Position numbers and translations under genes: made by a program
Shown: positions 39,950-54,424 of the stretch, one piece after another
How the letters are laid out: each line of letters begins with the position of its first letter
Numbering within the stretch: the stretch's first letter is position 1
Notes under the pieces: generated by a model
The model's input: only the letters and a program-made list of their open reading frames with translations
Databases searched by the model: none
What the model was told of the DNA's origin: nothing
Source: Eledone cirrhosa
Taxonomy: Eukaryota
Length of the DNA: 64,000 bases
Direction: 5' to 3'
Assembly: GCA_964016885.1 (NCBI GenBank)
Contig: OZ024742.1
Span: 81,716,001 to 81,780,000, forward strand

Positions 39950-40900
39950 ATTCCTGCAAAATGTGGTCTGTATGTATCCCTCCTCTGAGACTCTTAGTAT
40001 AACGTCAAGTAGAGAGAGGGATGCAGAAGTGTCTGGATTGTCAGCCTCTAATTTTATGTGAACATCAATGTTTTGAAACATGGTTCAGATCTTAACGGCT
40101 TCACCACGTAATGCAGTGAGGATAAGGATGTCATCAATGTACCCAGAAATGACTGGACATGAGCGGCATGTGTTAAGTTCTGTGCGCTACAAATGGTCCT
40201 TGTACATTGTGTCTAGCATGCCAGAAAGGCTCTATCCCATCGTAAGTCCTGAGATGTGTTTGTATACGCAGTCTTCACAATTGAAAAATGTGATAATATA
40301 AATCAGTCACGGATCTCCATAGCAGTGAGCCCAAGACAACTCAAGTGTGTAGAAGTGATGATATTGTCCGCAATTAAGTCGATGGCCGTGGAGGCGTCGG
40401 CAGAGGTTTAGATGGAAAATAAATGTTATAGGAATGATGCCTGAAGAGACATTATTGTGAACAACATCTCCACCCATCTCCACAGAGCAAACATAGCCAA
40501 TACATACAATGAGCATTCTCGGATACACAAGTGATGTAGCTAGGGGTAGCGACACACACCAGCACGGTAGAATTGAAAAGATTTCTCACTGAAAACGGCT
40601 GTCCTACTTTTCTCAACAAATACCGAAATGCCAAGGCAGTAACATATAAAAGAACAAGGACACCTGCCACTAAGTATAACATATGATACGTAAAGAATCT
40701 ACATTTGAATGTGAAGACGACATGTGCAACAAACAAACCTTTCGTAGAGAGGGACTGAATATATGGCTGCCCCTCAATTGGCCTTCATTTAGGTGAATGC
40801 TCCAGAGACACCAACCCACATACCACGATATTTTCAGATTCCTAATTGCCCCATCAACAATCCAGAAGTGTGCAGAAGTGCATATATGTTTTATAGTTTC
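39950..40900. mobile_element. Penelope/Poseidon-type RT remnant with internal inversion
   Basis: Minus ~40410-39950: YKHISGLTMG.SLSG, GYIDDILIL, LSLLDV, TTFCR. Plus from ~40410: KCYR...ELKRFLTENGCP (thumb region). Confidence 0.7.
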
Positions 40901-42992
40901 ACGAGTAAAAAACACTTAAACATCTGAGCGCTCGCTTTTATTATTATGTTTGTCTTGAAATATTACAGTTTCAGACCTGAAAAGAGTAAAACATTATATA
41001 GCCTAGTGATATTATTCAAAAACAGATATAATTAGAATGTCCCCAGAAGCGAGCTGCACCATAATGTAAATGAAAATATGCAAACACAATGCTTGAAACC
41101 TTGGAAGGTAATTATCATACCTGATATATTTTAAGGTGGTCCACGTTACACTCTTTGAGGATACAATGGCTTAATATAATAGGCAAACGAAAACTATTTG
41201 TTCTTTCAATCCACAATGATAACAATAGCAAATGATGATTTTCTAGTGAAATGTGAAGCTGAGGATCCAACATAAATTATAAAGTATTTATTATGAATGT
41301 TGGTGATGTCCTAATACATATATTTCTGAAGCAGATTATGATAGTTGTGGTGGAGTATCCAGTAGATCATATAGTTTACTAATTCAGCCTTGTCTAATTG
41401 ACGTATGTTACTCATATTGAAGGAATTCAAATGGTATCCAGTAATGTATGATTTATTTGTTTTAGGAGTACTACCAAATCCAGATACATAGCTAATATAA
41501 TACGTTGCCAAAATCTTTCTACACGCTATATGCTTTTTCAAAGCCAGGTATGGTGAAAAGATAGTAATTAGCAGATGAATGAAACAAACATTAATATCCT
41601 GACTTATCCATTAAACTCTCATCGTAATACTGGCGCTGAGATTAAAATATTCAATGTGGAGTTCACCAGTACTATAATTCCTCTACTACACTTTCACATA
41701 TAGTGGATTTTGCAATTTAGAGATGCGTGCGTTTGTTAAACTTGTCAAATATGAAAACAAGTATATTTATTAATATCATGACCGAGAACGAATAAGTATG
41801 AAAGAAACACAAATTTCAATCACACCACATATAATAACGAAAGCAATATTAACATCAGGGACAGGATGGGTATATTTGGCTTTAAATTCCATGGGTTATA
41901 TTCCCCCGTGCAACAGCGTATAATTTGTTTATCAGGACAGGTCATTTGCTTCAGCGATGATAAGGAAATTGATCGACAAGTTAAATGGATGGATGTGTGT
42001 TAACAGGGTAACGTTTGCAGACACCATTACTCATGATACCGGCTACTCGAAAAAACATTTTACATAGGATAACAGCGGGAAAGCTTGACAGGGAAGGAAA
42101 ATAAAAATCAACTCCATTAGCCAGATAGTATCCATCGCAGATATTTATTAAATCATATATGTTATGCTACATCATTCCAGGATATGAGCACAGTTAATGG
42201 CGAGTTTTTGCTTATTATAAGAAGTGTGCGATTATGTTGGTTTTTGCATACAACAAGTGATATTACCAATCAATTCATACTGCACATGTTGCAGTAACAC
42301 CGCATCAATGGTGAAGCATTTTATGCTCAATAATTCTATACTGTAAACTTACTGAACCATATAAAGTATTTGCAGCTTTCCAAAATAAATTTTCGGATGT
42401 GGAATAAATGCATTACATATAATTCCTGATTATGACAACATGCTCTGTTGAAAATTAAGCTAATCATTAGGGAAACATAATAAGATTACTTTTCCCCTGA
42501 CAGCTCTAAACATAAATAATATAAACATCAGCACATGCAATCTATTCATCTTGCAAGACCTTAGAAATGCCATGGTCAGGTTATTTACTTAGTTATTCCA
42601 GATTAAACAATAGAAGAAAAACTGATGATAAACAGGCAGCCTTCTGCGTCCTTACGTAGAAAAACGAGGCATCAAGTTTTAGATATGCATAATTCAACCA
42701 ACCGCTAAAGCATACTTTTTATGACGCTGCTCATTCAGAGTGAACTTCCTATAGAGTCTCAGTGACTCATACGCTTTCAACGAAAGATACTTGGCAAAGG
42801 AAATGTCTTATCTGGTATTGCTACTTTGCTCGTTGGTGGAAGCTTAGAACAGTTTATATGCCATACATCAATACAGAGTAAATAATGTCATACGTATACA
42901 TGTATATCAAATATATACCTGTTTTATCTGTTTTCTCCCACAAGTTCTGTATAGAACATAGAAAGATTTCAAGAAAATTGTCGATCCATCGA

Positions 42993-43205
42993 AGAGATTT
43001 CGGGTAAATAATAAGTAACTGCCCTTTTGTAACATGGGACTACTTTTTGCATCATTTCTGTTGGCAAGATGTCGTTTATGCCGTGATAGTGGTGGATTTA
43101 TCCAGGCATAAACACTTTTAGAAATGTCCACATTAAGTGTAAAGCGAAGCACGTGATAGAGTTGGATATGTGATTTTCATTTAAGTGTTTTTGTGTTGTA
43201 GTTCC
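42993..43205 (+). repeat. Dispersed ~170-210-bp repeat flanking the Penelope region
   Basis: Direct copy at ~48219-48390 and inverted partial copy at ~47657-47720. Confidence 0.8.
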
Positions 43206-43379
43206 TATGATAGGAACCGCGCTGTGAAAGAACAAGATGCAACTTCGTTTGAAACATAGGGCTTCAGCACATATAAAAGCCTTCCACACAATATCTTACT
43301 GGACTCATTTGAATACGACCTTGTGTCACTTGTTAAAAAGATTAAGTACAGGAAATACTACAATAGGAAGAACAACTTC

Positions 43380-45600
43380 CTAAATAACTTAATGTCCACC
43401 ATAAAAACATATATAGCCTAGATTACGATACATATAGAGAATTTATATATATGGAACTTTACAGGAACTACAAAAAATCTCATAAAAACCTGGATGACAT
43501 TAATATTGAAGACCGAAGTTTAATATGTAAATTAGGACTAGAGAGATACACTCAACCGTACACTCCTAATACCCCACGATTCTCTCTGAAAGAGCATAAG
43601 GATGACTTCAATACCAACCCTTCAATTAGACTTATTTGCCCATCCAGATCCGATATTGGTATTATTAGCAAAAAACGTTTAGATAAAGTAATCCCCCAAA
43701 TTAAACAAAAAATTCATTTTAACCTGTGGGAAAACACTAGTCAAGTAATCGAATGGTTTAATGGTATTAATGAAAATAATAAGAAGACATTCATCCAATT
43801 TGATATAGACTTCTACTACACCTCTATTTCACCTATCCTCCCAAATAAAGCATTAATAATGGCCATGAGCAAAAGTGAACTCACTAGGTCCCAGGTAGAT
43901 ATAATCCTTGCGGCCAGGAAAACAATAATTAAATTTGAAGACCAACGATGGACTCGCAAGAATACACCCAACAACTTCGATATCACCATGGGATCTAGTG
44001 ACTCGGCACAGGTAACCGACTTAGTCGGTCTATTTCAATTAAACGAAATACATAAGAACCTACCTTACCTTAACCGTGACTTCTACCGAGACGACTCACT
44101 TTTCGTCTCAGATTATACAAAGTTCAATATAGAAAGAACTAGAAAACAATTACATAAAATATAAAAAAATTATAACTTAGGTATCACTTTAGATAAAAAC
44201 ACCAAAAATGTTAACTTCCTGGACGTCACTCTCTACTTTGACTCTAAAAAATACACACCTTATAAACCTAATGAAAAACCTTTTTTATGTTAATACCAAC
44301 ACTAACCACCCTAAATTTGTACTGACATCAATCATTAAACGGGTATCTAATAGAATATCTAGCATTTCTTACAACGAGAATACATTTAATCGTAACTCCC
44401 AATTCTATAATGAAGCCTTAGACGGTTCCGGTCATAGAGATAAAATTAAATTTAAACATAAATCGTCAACCACCCATAGACAACCTAATATAATTTCACA
44501 CAACATGGCCATGAAATGTAAATATAATGAAAAGTAAATATAATGAATAAAAGTAAATATAATCATAGTATTGAACATCCGGACTCCTATACAGAGAGCA
44601 CCATAGAAAAAGTTAAATGACACCACAGCTATAATCCTAAAAAAAACACAGAAAGAAAAATATAGATAAGAAGGAACCTAACACCACACTAAACAGTAGT
44701 GTGAATAACAACCATAAGAAGAATAGAAGAAGTAACACATTTTGTAATCCTCCGTTCAACTTAAATGCATCAACAACCATACCTAAATCTTTCTTCTCTA
44801 CTCTAGACAAAAACTTCCCAACTAACCATAAATACCACAACCTATTTAACAAAAACACAATTAAAATCTCCTACTGCAGCACACCTAACATAGCAGACCA
44901 TATAGCCAGCACCAACAAAAGAAAGGTGAAAAAGTACTTCAAATTACACCAAAGTAATAATGTCCAGCATAGAAATAACCTGAACAATAACACAGTACAA
45001 GACCATACAGCAAGTCACACTAATAATACCAATAATAATAATACTCACCATAATCATAATACTAGAAGTAGAAACAGAAACAACCACTCAAATGCATACC
45101 CCCTTAACCAGTCTACTAGTTACCAAAGCAATTGTAATTGTAGGCCTAACAAGACATGCCCATTAAATAAGAACTGCCTAATTAAAGACATTGTCTACGC
45201 CGGTAGTGTAACAGCTAATCACACCTCGAAAGTATATATAGGCTCAACATCGAATAGACCAGATATAATTCACACCTTCATTCGTTCAGAAAACCCATAT
45301 TTAGCAACGTAACCTCACTATCCACATACATACACTCATTAAAATCAAGTAATATACCATACACCTTGAAATGGGAAGTGATAGCTAAGGCCCCTTCATA
45401 TATACCACCTAACAAATTTATTAACCTTTGCCTCCTCGAGTCTAGAAATATTATTCACTCTAACGTTAGCCTGCTAAATAGGAAATTAGAGATCTTCTCC
45501 ACTTGTCCACATTACCATAGATTCTCATTCCACTACTTCAAACCTAGTAACTAATAATACTAATAATAATAAAAATAAAAATAAAGACCAATGTCAGAGA
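43380..45600 (+). mobile_element. Decayed Penelope-like element (Naiad-like RT + GIY-YIG)
   Basis: LKEHK..F..NPSIRLI.P.RSDIG, FIQFDIDFYYTSI, FDITMGSSDSAQVTDLVG, YRDD, CNCR...CPL..NCL..DIVY...YIGST, LCLLE, LLNRK.EI...CPH. Confidence 0.92.
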
Positions 45601-45892
45601 TAACACTAGACCACCACCTTTTAATTAATCCAATTAGACCTTCATGAATATAGGACTACACCTTATTTAAAAGACCACACTAACCTTTATACAGTGAATA
45701 AACCCCTGTTTGATCTCTTACCTTATACAATTAAAATATTTAAATAATATAGACACTCTAATACACTCTCAATATACAATACCAACTAAATAGCAGACAA
45801 CTGTGTATATAACACCAATTACTCCAGTATATAATATGCAACTCACTATCCTGTCATAAAAAAAACTTCAACTACACAATCTGTATATATAT

Positions 45893-46444
45893 ATATCTAA
45901 GAAAGTAAGTCCATAGAATCATTTGATAAAATATATACAGTATTTCTTCTGCCAATCAGCATAATAAACCACACAAAAAAACAATTAAACGAGGCTGTAA
46001 GTTTAAAATGTACTTATGAAGAAACAATAGATACATAAATGATAGCTATTTTATCCGGGATCCACAGCCACAGAAGATTTATCCAGTATTTCTAATAGCC
46101 CGTAGAAATTGACTACACATATAGCTAACCTTACACAATTAGGTACAAAATCAAAGTTAGAAGAAAAAATGTACATAAACATACCTTCTAACTTTGATTT
46201 TGTACCTAATTCTGTATGGTTAACTATATGTCTAGTCAATGTCTACGGGCTGAGTATATCTTCTTTGGTTGTGGATCACGGATAATATAGCTATCATTTC
46301 TTTATCTATTCTTTCTTCATGAGTACATTTTAAACTTATAGCCTCGTTTAATTGACTTTTTGTGTGGTTGATTATGCTCATTGGTAGAATAAATACTGTA
46401 TATATTTTATCAAATGATTCTATGGACTTACTTTTTTTATATAT
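45893..46444. repeat. ~550-bp imperfect foldback (inverted arms ~265 bp, ~20-nt loop)
   Basis: Arms 45893-46163 and 46185-46444 are reverse complements. Confidence 0.9.
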
Positions 46445-46590
46445 TGCTCTGTTTGTTGATTATTTAATTAATTAATTCGTCATTGAGCCACACCGTGAAT
46501 GGTTGCCATAAACATATAGATATATTTATCTATGGCTTTGTCTAGTTTATGTATATGTAAACCTCTATATTTGTTATATATATATATATA

Positions 46591-46842
46591 TATTGTTATA
46601 CTTTGGGAGGGTCATGTTGCCAATAAGAAACACACGCACCAGTTACTTTCACTTCAATTTATTATAATAAATTTATAAATTTAGGAATTTATAAATTTCC
46701 GGTTGGTTGGTTGTGGAACCAACCAACCAACCGGAAATTAAAAAATTCCTAAATTTATGAATTTATTATAATAAATTGAATTGAAAGCATGTGGTGCACG
46801 TGTTTCTTATTGGCAACATGACCGTCCCAAAGTATAACAATA
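46591..46842. repeat. ~250-bp foldback in (TA)n
   Basis: tattgttatactttgggagggtcatgttgccaataagaaacac ... gtgtttcttattggcaacatgaccgtcccaaagtataacaata. Confidence 0.9.
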
Positions 46843-46896
46843 TCGCTTTCAACACACGTTTTCAGATAAAAATCTTGCTAAACAAGTTCAGAAACG

Positions 46897-47032
<136 letters not shown>

Positions 47033-47080
47033 AAATATAGATATATATAGATACATACATATATATATATATATATATAC

Positions 47081-47128
<48 letters not shown>

Positions 47129-48132
47129 TATATATGCATTCTCACACATATGTATATACCTTGTATTATATATACATATACCAACTATGTAAAAACTATC
47201 TAGTTATAATAAACTATATTAGAAAATGTTTTTAACCCCCCCCCCCCCTCACACAAGTTTAAAAGAAAACAATTACATAACAATTATATATTTTATATTT
47301 TATATACTCTATAAAGATTAATTTATAACACTACCAGAATATTAAAATAACCCTTAATTTATCAACAACCTTAATTACTTCCCTTTGTCACTAACACCCT
47401 TTACTACTTCCTGTGTAAACTTATAAAATTAAGCAGCCTCACGGTTTACCTACAGGTTAATAACGGTTAATACAAACCCTAGAGAAGATAATTTGTAGAT
47501 ATAATATACATAAAATAATAAACCTACAATAACAACTTGGCCAATATTTCGGCGGAATTTATTTTTAACAAGCAAACACATATTGACTCTAAACGACTCA
47601 AAATAATCCCATGGTTAATAGCTGTGAGTAACAATCAACATATACACATACATACGAACTACAACATAAAAACACTTAAATAAAAATCACATATCCCACT
47701 CTATCACGTGCTTTGCATTACACATTACATAACACAAAACTACATTATCACCACATGCCTCTCCAACACATTGCACACAATCTTAAACATTTCTAACAAT
47801 TATAACATGCTTTAACACCCCCACACAAAATATGTTTATTTCAACTGCATTAAAACTCTTTCCTCATACATACCTTATTGAATGTATTGACTCCTGCATT
47901 GCACAACAATTGTTCTTGCTTATAACATTTTTGCCTGTGTTTTTGTCCTTGTGAATTTTTTTCTTGTGCTTTTTACTTATACCTATTACACTTCCAACCA
48001 GTGCTGCCTGTAATCGTGTTCTTTCAAGCATAACATCTTTTTAACTCCTGACTCTCTACATTATGCCTATGCCACTAACAGCAATTATGTACCCTAAATG
48101 TTCTAAACTAAAATTTGATCATTTTAACACTT

Positions 48133-48184
<52 letters not shown>

Positions 48185-48639
48185 AAGTGTACCTTTTGTG
48201 AGGAAGTCATAATTTAATGAGATTTCGGGTAAATAATAAGTAACTGGACTTTTGTAACATGGGACTAATTTTTGCATCATTTCTGTTGGCAAGATGTCGT
48301 TTATGCCGTGATAGTGGTGGATTTATCCAGGCATAAACCCTTTTAGAAATGACCACATTAAGTGTAAGGTGGAATGCGAAGCACGTGATAAAGAAATTGC
48401 TCAATGTATGAACATCGATTATTTGGACTATTCCCTTGTTTTAACTTTTGCATCTATTCCACTCCGTGCTTTTGATTTTAATTTTAATTTTGATTTGAAT
48501 TTGAAGTTGAATATAATTCTCGTAAAATATATGTTACATCCATTCCACCCTGTAAATAGAAAACTGTTGCTCACAACATCAATTTATATGTATCTATATT
48601 ATTGTCCAGTTGAATAGGAGGTTAATTATATGTGCAAAC

Positions 48640-49420
48640 ATTGATAATCAACGACACAGACCTATGCCACTAGGCTTACGTCATATACAGACTAGAGTGC
48701 GACAAATGCAGCAACTTCTACGTAGGTAGCACCACCAGCCCACTCCACATATGAATAAAAGAACACCTCAATACTAACGCTTCCTAATTTAAGTAACACC
48801 TAGTGAAATGCAAAAACACCGACAAAACCATATACAGTTAGGATAGAAACTAAGGAAAAAATCTCGGCAATCTTAGAATTAAGGAAGCACTAACTATAGA
48901 CAAAACACAACCACCAATCAATAATAGACTAGAACTCAACATCCAATTTATAAACTTGATAGATCATCTAGCCCTATACTTACACCCCCCTCCCATACAC
49001 ACGCACACGCACACACACACAGGCAGGCACGCATACACACACACACACGCTTACACCTCCACTTATTCCTTCTCACACACATACATATACACACGAAGAC
49101 CAGTTCTAAACGAGAGAGCATCTATCCCCTACATTTACCTATAGACATATCTTCTCACACTCACACACACACACACACACACACATACTTGCGCATTCAC
49201 TCATTCTCCCAATCACTTAAACATACATGTACAAACCCCTTTTTAAAGGGAGACTACTATTTATACACCTAACCTTAACTCTTTGACATTAGAGATAGAA
49301 GAGATACTATATACCATTTCCTGTTAGCATGACTTGGCAAGCTATTTAGAACACCGGTTTAACCGCTTTACTTCCCTCCGAAGAAGAGATATTATCTCGG
49401 AAATGAAGGACATTTAAATA
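48640..49420 (+). mobile_element. Penelope GIY-YIG endonuclease remnant and 3-prime region with decayed hammerhead-like motif
   Basis: VIYRLECDKCSNFYVGSTT..L...IKEH and RIKEALTI....P.IN. At 49371-49412: CCGAAGA-AGAGAT-att-ATCTCG-GAAA. Confidence 0.75.
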
Positions 49421-49562
49421 AATTTAAGGTAAAAGACTAATTGTCAACAATATATTTTGCATTTGCATTTTTATTTTATGTCCATACCTGCATTGTTTTG
49501 GCTTTACAAATACAAACGTTTATACCTCATTTCATAATGATTGAAGTGAACTATAACTTCCT

Positions 49563-49708
<146 letters not shown>

Positions 49709-49894
49709 ATGTGTGTATGTATATGTATCTGTGTGTATATATGTGTATATGTATATATGCATATCTATACGTATATATATATATATATTTGTGTATGTGT
49801 ATTTATGTATTTTGTATGTGTGTATATATGTGTATATCTGTAGATGTGTTTGTATATGTTTGTATACGTGTATATATATATATATATATATATA

Positions 49895-49949
<55 letters not shown>

Positions 49950-50252
49950 ATGTGTGTGTGTGTTTGTGTGTGTGCGTGTGTGTGTGTGTGTGTGTGTTTG
50001 TATGTGAATGTGTCTGTTGACAGCTGGAATATAGTTTAAGAGAAACATGACAATAATGATAGGCTCCCAATATTTAAACTCGTTTATAGAATTATTTTTG
50101 CCTTTGTCACTCTAATATAAAATATAGCCTTAAAGGATTAGCTTTTAATGAATTCCCATTTCTTTCAACCAATGACCTCCACCCATCCCACTCCCCACCG
50201 TCGCCTACCCCCTGAAAAGTTATAAATACCACAACATTTATTTTGGACAGTC

Positions 50253-50303
50253 AGATTCCTGATGATTTCTGAAGAATGAAACAGATTTAGTCCTGTAGAA
50301 TCT
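50253..50303 (+). ncRNA. Type I hammerhead ribozyme, intact core
   Basis: agattc-CTGATGA-TTTC-tgaa-GAAT-GAAACAG-atttagtc-CTGTA^gaatct. 6-bp stem I, 4-bp stem III, predicted cleavage after 50297. TATAAATA at ~50221. Confidence 0.8.
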
Positions 50304-50380
50304 CATCTATATTAACACTTTTATACTCTGCTATGTATTGAGTACCTTACATACTTTGGTTACCTCCGATTCAACCCAGA

Positions 50381-50447
<67 letters not shown>

Positions 50448-50726
50448 CACACATATATATATATACATATTTATATATAGGTATCCATAAAATAAGGATT
50501 AAGGAAGGAGGGGTGAGAAATTATAGTGGCCAATGGCCAAGCGTTCTGAGATTCGTCACACCTCTGTGTAGCGAATTGTCTACACACATTGGGTGAGTGT
50601 GTGTGTGTTTGTTTCCACTGTATGAGTGAGCACGAAGGGACCAAACAACAAACAAATATCTCATTTTCTATGTTATATATTGACAGTACAATTAGCCTTT
50701 AACTTTTGATGTCATGGGTCCACCTA

Positions 50727-50803
<77 letters not shown>

Positions 50804-50961
50804 TAAACAAATAATGAATAAACAATTCCTTATATTAAACAAAAAAAGTTCATTACATTTCTTCTTTCCATGATATCCGGAATACATTGAGTTCTTCATA
50901 CGGATTGGACACTACCGTAAACTCTTGGTAGATTTATCTACATATATATATATATATATAT

Positions 50962-51015
<54 letters not shown>

Positions 51016-51141
51016 GTAATAATAATAAATTTGAAGACTAAAACCCAAAGGGGGCTCGATATGGATAAATATATATCAAATATATAAGAACTGTAGGGTG
51101 AAAGCACCGATTCTTTGCTTAAACTTTAATCTGTTTTTTTA

Positions 51142-51201
<60 letters not shown>

Positions 51202-52518
51202 CTATAAGCCACTACTTCGTTAATATTTGTCCTCCCAATTCAACCGGAAATGAGACTAGATTGTAATTTCATAATTCTTAATCTACTTAATGTTTGACAT
51301 TCTGATTTTCACAACTATTAGTCGATGAGATCCGTAACGTATTTAAATAACAAATCTGTCTCATTTCTAATATTCCAATAGCACAGAACCTACGCGAACA
51401 ACGAGTCTTCTCCTACTATTCTTGACACAACTTACTTCTAAGGCTCTCAGTTTTTTATAGTAGTAACTTCTCGACACACAGAATGGACAGACCACTTCGC
51501 AATCTCCAGCTATTTTATTTTATCCCACTGATGAAGAAATACACAAATGGTATCCTAGATACACGACACTGCCATTGCAAATTGCAAATCGTATTCATCA
51601 GTTTAGTCTGCACATGCAGAAGACCTGGGATTCGAAACACCACGTGCGACCTCTCCATTACGGGTATGTATTTTATCAACAACCTGGGACAGGTAACCTT
51701 GCTTAAGTGATCGAAATATACATCATTGAAGCAGTAATGTGAGCAAATATGATTAGAGTGAATATTATCTAAAACACGACTGCATTTGTATATTTTTTTT
51801 ATCCCACTTCACACAGAGGGAAATGCAAGTAGATGCTATTTTCATAACGACTATTGACTCTATATTTCTTTTCAATTCTGTTGAGATCTAGAACGGCTTA
51901 GAATACAAAATATATTCTCATTTCGAATTTATCGACAGCTCCGTACCACTGAAATATATACTATGTCACGAAAATCTTTGAAAATATATATCTATGTATA
52001 TTTAATATATATATATATAATTCAGAATTAGCCGTCGAAACGGCTTGACCTCAGCCGTCGGGGTCCTACTCGTTCCTATTACCCACTCTACTACCCTAAG
52101 TATTGAGTTCTTTGGTGCGTTATGGTCCACCTGGTTCCTTAACATATCTCCTCCATTATATATATATATATATATATATACATGTACATCAATACTCATC
52201 TTTTTCCATTTATCTGAGGGTTCTAAACCCCATTATCAGACTAAAATGTCTTTAGTCAAAAAAATACGGTGAAAGCTATTCTATTTTCTAATTTCAAACC
52301 TACTCGCTGTTTCAAAACATACTTACTTGTCATGTAGGAGGTGAGTTTTATTATACACAAATGTTATTGCATGATGATATTTGTTTTTGAAATGCGCATA
52401 ATAAAATACATAGAACTCATTTAACCATCTTTTGATCTTATATATTATATATATATATATATGTAAGTATGTATGTATACGTACATACATATATGTATAC
52501 AGACGTACAGTAGCATGC

Positions 52519-52561
<43 letters not shown>

Positions 52562-52793
52562 TACACATATGCATACAGGTACACATACATATATGCACGC
52601 ATCAGTTTAGCCGACGTTTATTATAACGCAGTTTGTTCGCTTGTTTGTCATACTAAGAGTGAGAAATGAAATTTCGTTTTCATTTTTTTTTCAACTTGTC
52701 GTTTTCGGTATGCCTGACCGATTTAACTCACTCAATATGCAAATTAGGCTGCTCAGCCGTTAATTTTCATAAGGAAAGTATATACTTTCGAAC

Positions 52794-52880
52794 GTTCAAC
52801 TATCTGGCAGATAGGTAAACGGTGCTTATGATAGCTAACAAGCTTGAAACTAGTACATCGTTCCTGTGTCAGTGTTGAAC
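52794..52880 (+). ncRNA. Hammerhead, 490-bp family copy 1 (core CTTATGA, G5 mutated, probably inactive)
   Basis: aacggtg-CTTATGA-TAGCT-aaca-AGCTT-GAAAC-TA-GTA^catcgtt. Confidence 0.75.
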
Positions 52881-53054
52881 AGAAAAAAAAAAAAAAAAAA
52901 AAAGGTGACGTGGTTGCCTTAACACCGTATGGCATAAATTCAGGCTGTTCGATTTGTTGACAAACAAGCGAACAAAGCTGCGTTATAATAAACGTCGGCT
53001 AAACTGATGCGTGCATATATGTATGTGTACCTGTATGCATATGTGTATATATGA

Positions 53055-53086
<32 letters not shown>

Positions 53087-53301
53087 GCATGCTACTGTAC
53101 GTCTGTATACATATATGTATGTACGTATACATACATACTTACATTTAAGTAAGTGCCATACTAAGAGTGAGAAATGAAATTTCGTTTTCATTTTTTTTTC
53201 AACTTGTCGTTTTCGGTATGCCTGACCGATTTAACTCACTCAATATGCAAATTAGGCTGCTCAGCCGTTAATTTTCATAAGGAAAGTATATACTTTCGAA
53301 C

Positions 53302-53388
53302 GTTCAACTATCTGGCAGATGGGTAAACGGTGCTGATGATAGCTAACAAGCTTGAAACTAGTACATCGTTCCTGTGTCAGTGTTGAAC
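53302..53388 (+). ncRNA. Type I hammerhead ribozyme, 490-bp family copy 2
   Basis: Stem I aacggtg/catcgtt extended by atggg/cctgt, ctggc/gtcag and gttcaac/gttgaac. Core CTGATGA...GAAAC. Palindromic stem III ACTAGT. GTA^ at 53363. Confidence 0.88.
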
Positions 53389-53796
53389 AAAAAGGTGACC
53401 TAGTTGCCTTAACACCGTATGGCATAAATTGAGGCTGTTCGATTTGTTGACAAACAAGCGAACAAAGCTGCGTTATAATAAACGTCGGCTAAACTGATAT
53501 CGTGCATATATGTATGTGTACCTGTATGCATATGTTTATATATGTATATATATATTTATATATATATATGTATATATATATACATGCTACTGTACGTCTG
53601 TATACATATATGTATGTACGTATACATACATACTTACATTTAAGTAAGTGCCATACTAAGAGTGAGAAATGAAATTACGTTTTCATTTTTTTTTCAACTT
53701 GTCGTTTTCGGTATGCCTGACCGATTTAACTCACTCAATATGCAAATTAGGCTGCTCAGCCGTTAATTTTCATAAGGAAAGTATATACTTTTGAAC

Positions 53797-53883
53797 GTTC
53801 AACTATCTGGCAGATGGGTAAACGGTGCTGATGATAGCTAACAAGCTCGAAACTAGTACATCGTTCCTGTGTCAGTGTTGAAC
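53797..53883 (+). ncRNA. Type I hammerhead ribozyme, 490-bp family copy 3
   Basis: As copy 2, with AGCTC-GAAAC. Confidence 0.86.
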
Positions 53884-54047
53884 AAAAAAAAAAAAAAAAA
53901 AAAGGTGACGTGGTTGCCTTAACACCGTATGGCATACATTCAGGCTGTTCGATTTGTTGACAAACAAGCGAACAAAGCTGCGTTATAATAAACGTCGGCT
54001 AAACTGATGCGTGCATATATGTATGTGTACCTGTATGCATATGTGTA

Positions 54048-54105
<58 letters not shown>

Positions 54106-54336
54106 AAAACACACAGATACATGCGGACACACACATATATACATGAATGCATCCGCACCCAACTGTGAGTTAAGGGTGCCAACTTCACCGATGTTGCTCA
54201 ATGAATGACTGGGACAGACCAATTCAGTTTGAACCAGACTGAACCAGTATCAGAGTTAAAAATACATTATGAAGAGAGAAGAAACATTTAGATATAATTA
54301 GTAATAAAATGTATCATACCTAAACTGTTCCTAAAT

Positions 54337-54424
54337 TCCTCGACTACGTAGTTTCGTGGCATAAACAAAAACAATATATCAAAGATATAGAGTCCTTGCG
54401 AGGTCTGCCAACTTATCAAGAGGA
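54337..54424 (-). ncRNA. Variant type I hammerhead (U3-A8), 591-bp family
   Basis: tcctc-TTGATAA-GTTGGCA...TGCCAC-GAAAC-TACGTA-GTC^gagga. Confidence 0.8.

Noticed and set aside
45120-45200. Selenocysteine (in-frame UGA) as described for some Naiad elements
   Set aside because: The Cys codons in CNCR..CP..C are ordinary TGT/TGC, and no SECIS was recognised.
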